Source: Candidatus Bathyarchaeia archaeon
GTDB taxonomy: Archaea > Thermoproteota > Bathyarchaeia > Bathyarchaeales > Bathycorpusculaceae
NCBI GenBank assembly: GCA_049512935.1
Contig: JBEKWR010000017.1
Coordinates: forward strand, 1-41,092
Length of the DNA: 41,092 bases
Direction: 5' to 3'
Under the pieces are notes generated by a model that ran no database searches, was not told the origin of the DNA, and worked only from the letters and a program-made list of their open reading frames with translations. The position numbers were made by a program, and so were the translations under genes. Position 1 is the stretch's first letter. Every line of letters begins with the position of its first letter. Positions 1-7,339 of the stretch are shown one piece after another.

Positions 1-651
1 CGTCACCGTGTTCGTGGCTGTGCTTATCACCGAGACCGAATCGCCGGCGCCATTTGTAACATAGGCATAGTTACCGTCGGGGGTTACAGCTACATCCATA
101 GGATAGCTTCCAACGGTTACTGTCGCGTTCACTGTATTCGTAGCCGTGCTTATCACCGAGACCGAATCGCTTAAGGCATTTGCCACATAGGCGTATGCGC
201 CATCGGGCGTTACAGCCACACCCCAAGGATAGGTTCCAACGTTTACCGTCGCCGTCACTGTATTCGTAGCCGTACTTATCACTGATACCGTATCGCTACC
301 AAGATTTGTAACATAGGCATATGCGCCATCGGGCGTCACAGCCACATCCTCAGGCGAGTTTCCAACGTTTACCGTCGCCGTCACCGTATTCGTAGCCGTA
401 CTTATCACCGAAACCGTAGTGTCGTCCCAATTTGCAACATAGGCATATTCGCCGTCGGGCGTTACAGCCACACCACGAGGACCCTTTCCAACGTTTACCG
501 TCGCCGTCACAGTGTTCGTAGCCGTACTTATCACCGAGACCGTATCGCTGTTTTGATTTGCAACATAGGCATATGCGCCATCGGGCGTCACAGCCACACG
601 GTAAGGCTCGCTTCCAACGGTTACCGTCGCCGTCACCGTATTCACCGTATT
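1..651. repeat. 126-bp intragenic tandem repeat (about 5 units)
   Basis: TTATCAC anchor recurs at 24, 150, 276, 402 and 528 (period 126); also a 9-bp tandem duplication CACCGTATT at 634-651. Confidence 0.95.
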
Positions 652-759
652 CGTAGCTCGAACTGGCTGAGGCAATAATGCGAAAGAACAGAATAACATT
701 AAGAAGATGATGAGAAGGACGCAGCCAGCTCTCAAATTCTTTGTTGCCCCATGCTTCAT
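1..759 (-). CDS. YVTN/YncE-type beta-propeller surface protein, 5' part (runs off window); not in ORF track
   Basis: Manual translation from ATG 759: MKHGATKNLRAGCVLLIIFLMLFCSFALLPQPVRA (signal peptide), then 42-aa repeats TVTATVNVGxxPxxVAVTPDGAYAYVxNxxSDTVSVISTATN; frame open to base 1. Confidence 0.93.
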   Translation of the reverse strand, partial: MKHGATKNLRAGCVLLIIFLMLFCSFALLPQPVRATNTVNTVTATVTVGSEPYRVAVTPDGAYAYVANQNSDTVSVISTATNTVTATVNVGKGPRGVAVTPDGEYAYVANWDDTTVSVISTATNTVTATVNVGNSPEDVAVTPDGAYAYVTNLGSDTVSVISTATNTVTATVNVGTYPWGVAVTPDGAYAYVANALSDSVSVISTATNTVNATVTVGSYPMDVAVTPDGNYAYVTNGAGDSVSVISTATNTVT

Positions 760-1217
760 TCTTTCACCCCACCGACAAAACCCTTCGCTGACGTCAGAGG
801 CATACCCGCAACGCGCTCAAAAATGAACAAGGTCAAACTGGAAAGAAAAACCATGTATACTGACGATTTCACTAAACGTGACGTACCCAAGGATGCAACC
901 CCCAAACATGTTTCGGAGGATTATGTATTTATCACTTGCTATATGCACAAACAAGTTGACAATGTCTCAAATGTGCAAGCATTCGAAGACCAGATGATAC
1001 TTATTCTCTAACTACAAGACTGAATTCTACTCAATCGAAAACTATTCATATCAAAATGCAAATGGTGGATTTCGAACCCTCTTCAAAGTGAACATGTCGC
1101 ACTCCGCCCTTTCTTTTTTATGGAAAAAACATTGCTCAAATGCATCTAAAAGTTGAAAGCTTAAATCGATAGGCATTTAGGTTTGAAATTAAGTATTAAA
1201 GGAAACGGTTGATGCTG

Positions 1218-2501
1218 ATGGCTTTCGTAAAAATTGGCGATGTATTAGAAGGGTCATGCAAGGATCAGAAGGTTGCCGTGCGCGGCTGGGTTTACCGTAA
1301 ACGGGAAGGAAAAGAACTCATTTTCCTCGTTGTCCGCGACTCAACAGGTTTCATCCAGTGCACCGTGAAAAAAGCGTGCCCAGCCTGGGCTGAAGCTCAG
1401 CGACTAACCATCGAATCCAGCTTGACGCTTGAAGGCACCGCACGGGAAGACAAGCGGGCTCCAGGCGGATACGAAATCAGCGCGGAAAACATCGCGGTTA
1501 TCGGGTTGGCAGAAACCTTTCCCATTGCTAAGGATAAGAGCGAGGAGTTCATCCGTGACATGCGGCACCTTTGGCTTCGTAGCCGAAAAATGAATTTGAT
1601 GATGAAGGTTCGCGCCGATACGCTGGAGGCAACGCGCCAGTACTTCAAGAGCCAAGGCTACACGGAAGTTTCCCCGCCCATGTTCATTTCCGCGGCGGTT
1701 GAAGGCGGCTCCACGCTTTTCGGCTTGAAATACTTCGACCAGGACCTTTACTTGACGCAGAGCAGCCAGCTTTACCTTGAAATCCTCATCTACTCGCTGG
1801 AAAACGTGTACTGCATCGCGCCGTCGTTCCGCGCGGAGAAAAGCCGAACAATCAGGCACCTCACCGAGTACTGGCACATGGAGGCGGAGTGGCCCTTCGC
1901 CGACATGAACGACCTGATGCGGTTCGAGGAAGGCTTGATGGCGCACGTCTGCCACACCATCGGCGACACCTGCCAAAAAGAGTTCAAGGAACTGGGCGCC
2001 GACATCGAAAAGCTCAAGGCAGTGAAAACGCCGTTCCCCCGCATAACCTACGCTGAAGCCATCGACCGCCTGAAACCAAAGAACCCCGCTTTGAACTGGG
2101 GCGCTGACCTCGGCTACGAGGACGAGAAGGTCTTGGCTGAGGATTTCGGGAAACCGTTCTTCGTTTACGATTACCCTACTGCGATTAAGGCGTTTTACTG
2201 CAAGACGTACCGTGACCGCCCAGATGTTGCGATGTCGGTGGACATGATGGTGCCGCGCATCGGCGAAATCAGCACGGGCGGCGCAAGGGAAGAAGACAAA
2301 GACATTCTCATTCAACGCATGAAGGAGCAGGGGCTCAAACCCGAGGACTACGAGTGGTACCTTGACCTGAGGCGATACGGCACGGTTCCGCACGTCGGCT
2401 TCGGCATGGGCTTGGAGCGGCTTCTGACATGGATGCTTGATCTGGACAACATCATCGACGCCATCCCGTTCCCGAGGACAACCCGCAGATTCTACCCGTA
2501 A
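1218..2501 (+). CDS. asnS: asparagine--tRNA ligase
   Basis: OB-fold VRGWV, QSSQLYLE, FRAEKSRTIRHLTEYWHMEAE and GFGMGLERL are AsnRS-type rather than AspRS-type; start could be 1209, 1212 or 1218. Confidence 0.93.
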   Translation: MAFVKIGDVLEGSCKDQKVAVRGWVYRKREGKELIFLVVRDSTGFIQCTVKKACPAWAEAQRLTIESSLTLEGTAREDKRAPGGYEISAENIAVIGLAETFPIAKDKSEEFIRDMRHLWLRSRKMNLMMKVRADTLEATRQYFKSQGYTEVSPPMFISAAVEGGSTLFGLKYFDQDLYLTQSSQLYLEILIYSLENVYCIAPSFRAEKSRTIRHLTEYWHMEAEWPFADMNDLMRFEEGLMAHVCHTIGDTCQKEFKELGADIEKLKAVKTPFPRITYAEAIDRLKPKNPALNWGADLGYEDEKVLAEDFGKPFFVYDYPTAIKAFYCKTYRDRPDVAMSVDMMVPRIGEISTGGAREEDKDILIQRMKEQGLKPEDYEWYLDLRRYGTVPHVGFGMGLERLLTWMLDLDNIIDAIPFPRTTRRFYP

Positions 2502-2552
2502 GCCGCTGAAAAGCAGCCTGAAACAGCCTGGTTGAACGGGAAACTGCACGGT

Positions 2553-2586
2553 AAACAGGTATCAATGGGTTTATACCTGTTTTTTT
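2553..2586 (+). terminator. hairpin plus T-tract downstream of asnS
   Basis: AAACAGGTAT (2553-62) / ATACCTGTTT (2573-82), a 10-bp stem running into a T run. Confidence 0.6.
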
Positions 2587-2640
2587 AGCTGCTTTTTGTT
2601 TGCCGCCAAAAATAACAGGAATGAACCGAGCAGATTTTGA

Positions 2641-2764
2641 CTCTAAACCAAAAAACAACCTGAAGATGCCTTTTCGGAGAACCCACCTACACTGAGAGGG
2701 GGAGGGCGCCTAGTATTTACATCAAAAACCCAACACAAAAGATGGGTTCTGCCAGCCGACTGCA
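2641..2764. repeat. dispersed intergenic element, copy 1
   Basis: CTAAAC..AAAAACAACC...GAGGGGGAGGGCGCCTAGTATTT...AAAAACC...ATGGGTTCTGC; collinear with 4851-4966. Confidence 0.75.
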
Positions 2765-2840
2765 GGCGGCGCGCGACTTTGGAAAAAACATGCAAGACTT
2801 TAAATAGTTAAAAGCTCAAAGGCAAATTGGCGCTAATCAC

Positions 2841-4001
2841 ATGAACAGATTGCTATGGATAGGCTGCATTCTTCTCGCAGTCGTCTTTTTGTTCTATGTT
2901 ATTGCATTATTGCCCCTGCCAGTTCGAGCACTTACATTGACTACGGCAATACCCGTTGGAAATGGTCCTTATGGCGTAGCTTTCACTCCCAACGGCGAAT
3001 ATGCCTATGTTACAAATCAAAACAGCCATACCGTTTCCGTGATAAGTACTGCTACGAATACGGTGGTGGCTACGGTGCCTTTGGGCACCTATCCTAACGC
3101 TGTGGCGGTTAACCCGAACGGTGAATACGTCTATGTTACAAATCTCGGCAACAATACAGTCTCGGTGATAAACACAGTCACGAACAGACTCACGGCAACA
3201 ATAAACGTTGGAGCCCTACCTGAAGGTGTGGCCGTTACGCCCGACGGTAAATATGTCTATGTTGCAAATAATGATCCATTAAGCAACAACGATTCGGTCT
3301 CAGTAATAAGCACGGCTACGAACACCGTAACGGCAACGATAACTGTTGGGAGAAACACATCCAGTATAGCTTTGACACCTGATGGTCGATACGCCTATGT
3401 CACAACTTACGACAGCAACGGTTCACTCTCGGTGATAAACACAGCCACGAATACGTTGACAGCAACGGTTCCCGTTGGACTCTGGCCTCCGAGCGTGACT
3501 ATATCGCCCAACGGCAAGTACGCCTATGTTACTCATGATATCGAAGCGGTCAATTATGTCTCGGTAATTAGTACGGCTACGAACGCGGAGACAGCAAGGA
3601 TAACCGTTGGAAACGACACCGAACGTTTAGCTTTTACACCCAACGGTGAGTATGCCTACGCTACAGTCTTGCCACCAGAAACTCTAGGGCCAGCCCCTAT
3701 TGGCAACGGCACACTTTCCGTGATAAATACAGCCAAGAACAAGATGACTGCGAGCCTAACTATTTTAGGTGAGCCTCTTGCTTTAGCTGTTTCACCCAAC
3801 GGCGCATACGTTTATGTTACAACCATGACAAATGAAGGTGGCGCGGTCTTAGTGATTAACATATCAAATCCTGTAACTCCAGAGTTTTCCACCCAACCGT
3901 TAATAATGACGCTATTTGTCTTTATGATAATAACTTTTTCTGTGTTTATCATCGCAAAAAAGAAACAACTGCAGGATTTCCAGAAACGGCTTAATTCATA
4001 G
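2841..4001 (+). CDS. YVTN beta-propeller surface protein with PEF-CTERM-like anchor
   Basis: Signal peptide, about 7 P(N/D)GxYAYVT repeats, C-terminal VTPEF + TM helix + KKK. Confidence 0.92.
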   Translation: MNRLLWIGCILLAVVFLFYVIALLPLPVRALTLTTAIPVGNGPYGVAFTPNGEYAYVTNQNSHTVSVISTATNTVVATVPLGTYPNAVAVNPNGEYVYVTNLGNNTVSVINTVTNRLTATINVGALPEGVAVTPDGKYVYVANNDPLSNNDSVSVISTATNTVTATITVGRNTSSIALTPDGRYAYVTTYDSNGSLSVINTATNTLTATVPVGLWPPSVTISPNGKYAYVTHDIEAVNYVSVISTATNAETARITVGNDTERLAFTPNGEYAYATVLPPETLGPAPIGNGTLSVINTAKNKMTASLTILGEPLALAVSPNGAYVYVTTMTNEGGAVLVINISNPVTPEFSTQPLIMTLFVFMIITFSVFIIAKKKQLQDFQKRLNS

Positions 4002-4105
4002 TCGGTTCGGTTCAAAAAGCGGCTTTCAAAGAGCCTAAAAATTTTTTGGCGGGTCACTTTTTCTTAAAGAAGTCACCGAAGGCGCGTGTGTGTATCCTAC
4101 CTTTT

Positions 4106-4237
4106 TTAAAAGCTGGGTGTTGGGCTGACTTTGCCGCACTTGCCACAGCGATTATAGTATTTTCCTTTCCGCTTAACATAATCAAAGCTCTCGGTGTCGT
4201 CGCCGCAAAAAGGACATTTTTCTGCTACGTGTGACAT
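4106..4237 (-). CDS. 43-aa CPxCG zinc-ribbon microprotein (not in ORF track)
   Basis: MSHVAEKCPFCGDDTESFDYVKRKGKYYNRCGKCGKVSPTPSF*; two CxxCG knuckles. Confidence 0.7.
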   Translation of the reverse strand: MSHVAEKCPFCGDDTESFDYVKRKGKYYNRCGKCGKVSPTPSF

Positions 4238-4270
4238 AAAAAAAGAAAAAGGGTTTAGGGCTTTTAAACC

Positions 4271-4431
4271 TTATTTCGCCGCTTCCGTTAGCATCTGCTC
4301 ATATTCGGCGCGGGTTACTTTTCGGCTCTTATGGCATTTTGAACAGATTAGGAAAACGTCGTTACATTGCTATATGCACCTGAACCTTGCGGGTCTTCAA
4401 TTATTGGTTGGGCGTCGGTTTCTTCGGTCAT
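4271..4431 (-). pseudogene. disrupted small Cys-rich ORF
   Basis: GAGGT RBS and ATG 4431 give MTEETDAQPIIEDPQGSGAY; a shifted frame continues QCNDVFLICSKCHKSRKVTRAEYEQMLTEAAK*, followed by a T-rich tract; span 161 nt = 3n-1. Confidence 0.45.
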
Positions 4432-4459
4432 GCCTTTAAAACCTCTGCGACAAAGTCGA

Positions 4460-4582
4460 TTAACTGTTGAACGCAAATCGTTTTATCTCTTGAATAGATG
4501 GCACTCCTAATGGCTGAAATTTGACAACTTCGACAAAGATAGAATCTTGCCTTTCCGAGTCTATGATATGGATTGTTTTCAT
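4460..4582 (-). CDS. 40-aa hypothetical microprotein (not in ORF track)
   Basis: MKTIHIIDSERQDSIFVEVVKFQPLGVPSIQEIKRFAFNS*; its ATG overlaps the upstream stop (ATGA). Confidence 0.45.
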   Translation of the reverse strand: MKTIHIIDSERQDSIFVEVVKFQPLGVPSIQEIKRFAFNS

Positions 4583-4800
4583 GCTGCTACCCTCGGCAAA
4601 TCCACTTTTCGCCCCGTCAACTGCTCATACCTTGCTGCGTACCGCTTAGTCAACTCAACAACAAAAAGCCGCCATGTCGCTGCTTGCTTCTTAACTTCAA
4701 CCCCGCCGATTTCGCCCTTAATGTTTTCTGCGCTGCCGCCCCTGTAGAATTCCTTAAGCGTGTTCGGGTCGGTGCCTATGTAGTCGCTAATCGTGTCCAT
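4579..4800 (-). pseudogene. small ORF, possibly the C-terminal remnant of a tyrosine recombinase
   Basis: With in-frame upstream codons it reads HGVRMDTISDYIGTDPNTLKEFYRG, similar in spacing to integrase box II (G..l..is..lG.....T...Y); 5' end abuts the dispersed repeat. Confidence 0.4.
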
Positions 4801-4850
4801 CCTAACCCCGTGTCCCGCACAACCGCCCCACAGAAAAACGCATTTCTAAG

Positions 4851-4966
4851 CCTAAACATGAAAAACAACCCAAAACGAGCCCTGACTGGTGGGCGCGGGA
4901 GGGGGGAGGGGGTCTAGTATTTGTGACTAAAAACCACCATAAAAATGGGTTCTGCAAACGGCTGCT
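4851..4966. repeat. dispersed intergenic element, copy 2
   Basis: CTAAAC..AAAAACAACC...GAGGGGGGAGGGGGTCTAGTATTT...AAAAACC...ATGGGTTCTGC. Confidence 0.75.
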
Positions 4967-5663
4967 AGTAGCCTGTGAAGTACTCCAGTTTCAGCTGCGC
5001 CTTCGGCAGCCCGATGGTGTCGATGAGTTTCTCCATCGCCGTCACCATGCCCGGCGGTCCGCAGCAGTAGAAGATGTAGTCTTTGTAGTCAGGCAACTCC
5101 TTCTGAATCATCTCAGCCGTGATAATGCCCACTGCGCCGTTCCAGTCGGGGGTAGGCTGGTTGACGACGAAGTGCAGCTTGAGGTTCGGGTTGGCTTGCT
5201 GCATGTTTTCCAGTTCATGCCTAAACGGAATGTCATTTGGGGTGCGGCAACCCAGAAAAAGCGTGATTTGCGAAGGCAGACGTTTGTCGGTGGCGTTTTT
5301 GCAGATGCTTATGAAGGGGGTTACGCCTATGCCGCCCGCGAGCAGAGCGATTTTGGGGTATTCGCCTTCGAAAGTGAAGTCGCCGTACGGCGCGTCGATT
5401 CGTGCCCAGTCGCCCACTTTGGCGGCTTTAAGAGCCATCGAGTACTCGTGGTCGGTGAGCTTCTTGGTGAACTCGATGAAGCCTGGCTCGGTTGGGCTGC
5501 TGCTGAAACTGAAATGCTTGGTCAGCTCCTTGCCGTCCTGCCTGAGGGCTACAAAGAAGAATTGACCAGGCTTGTAACTTAAGTCGGCAGGTCGCGGGAA
5601 CCTGAAGCTGGTCACATCCGCGGTTCGAGGTATAATCTCCATTATTTTAGTTTCAAACTTCAT
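4965..5663 (-). CDS. FAD/NAD(P)-binding oxidoreductase, ferredoxin-NADP+ reductase family
   Basis: YKPGQF, KHFSFSSSP, LLAGGIGVTPF, YCCGPPGMV; likely start MKFETK at 5663. Confidence 0.9.
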   Translation of the reverse strand: MKFETKIMEIIPRTADVTSFRFPRPADLSYKPGQFFFVALRQDGKELTKHFSFSSSPTEPGFIEFTKKLTDHEYSMALKAAKVGDWARIDAPYGDFTFEGEYPKIALLAGGIGVTPFISICKNATDKRLPSQITLFLGCRTPNDIPFRHELENMQQANPNLKLHFVVNQPTPDWNGAVGIITAEMIQKELPDYKDYIFYCCGPPGMVTAMEKLIDTIGLPKAQLKLEYFTGY

Positions 5664-5788
5664 TAACATCAAGCTCCGCAAAAATTGAAATATAATAAGA
5701 TTATTTATGACAATAAACTTTGCGGCTGCAGGGTTTTCAACGTTGGAAAACGGGTTTAAGAAAGCCATCTGACGCAATTTAGCTCTTC

Positions 5789-6895
5789 TTAAAACGGAAA
5801 TCTGTGCTTTTGAACGTCCGATCCGAATTCTTTGGCTAGCTGCTCGATGAGCGCTCGCTGCTGGCTTGTCAGTCTCTCAGGCACCGAAACGCCGATTCGC
5901 ACATGCAGGTCGCCTTTGCCGTAGGCTCTGAACCGCGGCATACCTCTCCCCTTCAGCGTCAACACCTCTCCCGCCTGGGTTCCTGGATGAATCTTGACGG
6001 TTGTCGTTCCTTCAAGCGTTGGAATAGTTACGTCGGCTCCTAACGCTGCCTGCGGAAAAGTCACCATGGCAACGTACCATAAGTCGTCGCCTTCCCGCAG
6101 GAACTGCTGATTAGGCTTGATGTGGACAACAACGTAGAGGTCGCCTGCCTCGCCGCCGTTAGCTGCCATGTCGCCTTCGCCCCTTAACCTAAGCTGGTAG
6201 CCTTCATCTATGCCAGGCGGAACCCGAACGGTGATTTTTCTGCGTTTCCGCACCAGACCCGTACCGTGGCAGTTGGGGCAGGGTGTTTCAATGATTCTGC
6301 CTTTCCCCTTGCATTGTGGACAAACCGTAACCTGCACAAACGTGCCGAAAGCGCTTCTTTGCATGTTCTGAACCTGACCAGCGCCGCCGCACCTTGAGCA
6401 AACCTTCGCCTGAGTGCCAAGCTTCGCGCCTGAACCGCCGCACACGTCGCATCTTTCGGTTCTGGGAATCTCCACTTCCTTCTCCGCGCCGCTGGCAGCT
6501 TCCTCAAGAGTTATTTCAAGGTCGTAAGCCAAGTCTCGGCCCCTGTTGACTCGTTCGCCGCCGAATCCTCCGCCGCCGAAGAAGGTTCGGAAAATGTCGC
6601 CGAAGCCCATGTCCCTGAAGACGGAGTCGAAGTCGGCGCCCCTGAAAATGTCTTCTGAACTGTAACGTTGATCAAACCCGCTGTGCCCCAACGTGTCGTA
6701 CTGCTGCCTCTTCTGGCTGTCGCTGAGCACCGCGTAAGCTTCGCTGATTTCCTTGAACCTTTCCTCCGCACCTGGATCCTTATTCCTGTCTGGGTGAAAC
6801 TGCATGGCTAGTTTTCGGTAAGCGTCCTTGATTTCATCTTGTGAAGCGTCACGTTTAACGCCTAGAACCTCGTAGTAGTCTCTTTTTTCAGCCAT
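5789..6895 (-). CDS. dnaJ: chaperone DnaJ
   Basis: J-domain with HPD, G/F region, four CxxCxGxG motifs. Confidence 0.98.
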   Translation of the reverse strand: MAEKRDYYEVLGVKRDASQDEIKDAYRKLAMQFHPDRNKDPGAEERFKEISEAYAVLSDSQKRQQYDTLGHSGFDQRYSSEDIFRGADFDSVFRDMGFGDIFRTFFGGGGFGGERVNRGRDLAYDLEITLEEAASGAEKEVEIPRTERCDVCGGSGAKLGTQAKVCSRCGGAGQVQNMQRSAFGTFVQVTVCPQCKGKGRIIETPCPNCHGTGLVRKRRKITVRVPPGIDEGYQLRLRGEGDMAANGGEAGDLYVVVHIKPNQQFLREGDDLWYVAMVTFPQAALGADVTIPTLEGTTTVKIHPGTQAGEVLTLKGRGMPRFRAYGKGDLHVRIGVSVPERLTSQQRALIEQLAKEFGSDVQKHRFPF

Positions 6896-7022
6896 CAGCC
6901 ATTTACCGCTAAATCAACATTTTTTTTGTTAACTGAAAGTATGCATATAGACTTGGATTTATACCATTTCCCTGTTTAAAGCCTGTTTTTCGGGGTTTGA
7001 AAAGGTTGCCTGTTTTTTTTTG

Positions 7023-7203
7023 TTGCGACTTTCCCCCAGGAATAAGTTGAGACTTTCGCGGGTGGCAGGTTGCTTTTCTGGTTGCTTTTTTGGGTTGGAA
7101 CTTGAAGGTGATTGCGGGTTGCGACTTTGCTATGGGCGGATTGCGACTTTCAATGTTGACGCTATGTTGGCGTTATTGTCGGATATGGGCGGATTATGGG
7201 CGG
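7023..7203. repeat. iterated short direct repeats
   Basis: TTG(C/A)GACTTT at 7023, 7047, 7119, 7141; TATGGGCGG at 7131, 7184, 7195. Confidence 0.7.
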
Positions 7204-7339
7204 CCAGCTTTCCCGGCGGCAGGTTCGTTTTGCTTGGGTTTCGGCTGTCCAGCTTGGTAAGCTTGAGCTTTTGCATGCGGCAAGGGGATTTCGTTTTTAG
7301 GCGACTAAGCGTAGGGCCAGCCTTAAGCAAAAGCCATGT

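Noticed and set aside
1-651. CRISPR array or DGR template/variable repeat
   Set aside because: Repeats are in-frame 126-bp coding units; variation is not adenine-restricted; no cas or reverse-transcriptase gene is in the window
1063-1080. tRNA T-arm-like sequence (GGGTTCGAAATCC on - strand)
   Set aside because: No acceptor, D or anticodon stems can be formed around it
1218-2501. Non-discriminating AspRS
   Set aside because: QSSQLYLE and RHLTEYWH are AsnRS-type; AspRS has QSPQLYKQ and RHLNE
1404-2549. 381-aa antisense ORF and similar ORFs opposite dnaK, alaS, tiaS, nadA and others
   Set aside because: Shadow frames of well-supported genes, with no recognisable motifs
4946-4960. IS6-like terminal inverted repeat (GGTTCTG..)
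   Set aside because: Only a short partial match; copies are direct, not inverted; no transposase present
5664-5777. N-terminal extension of the oxidoreductase
   Set aside because: Covers AT-rich promoter-like DNA; the FNR fold begins at MKFETK
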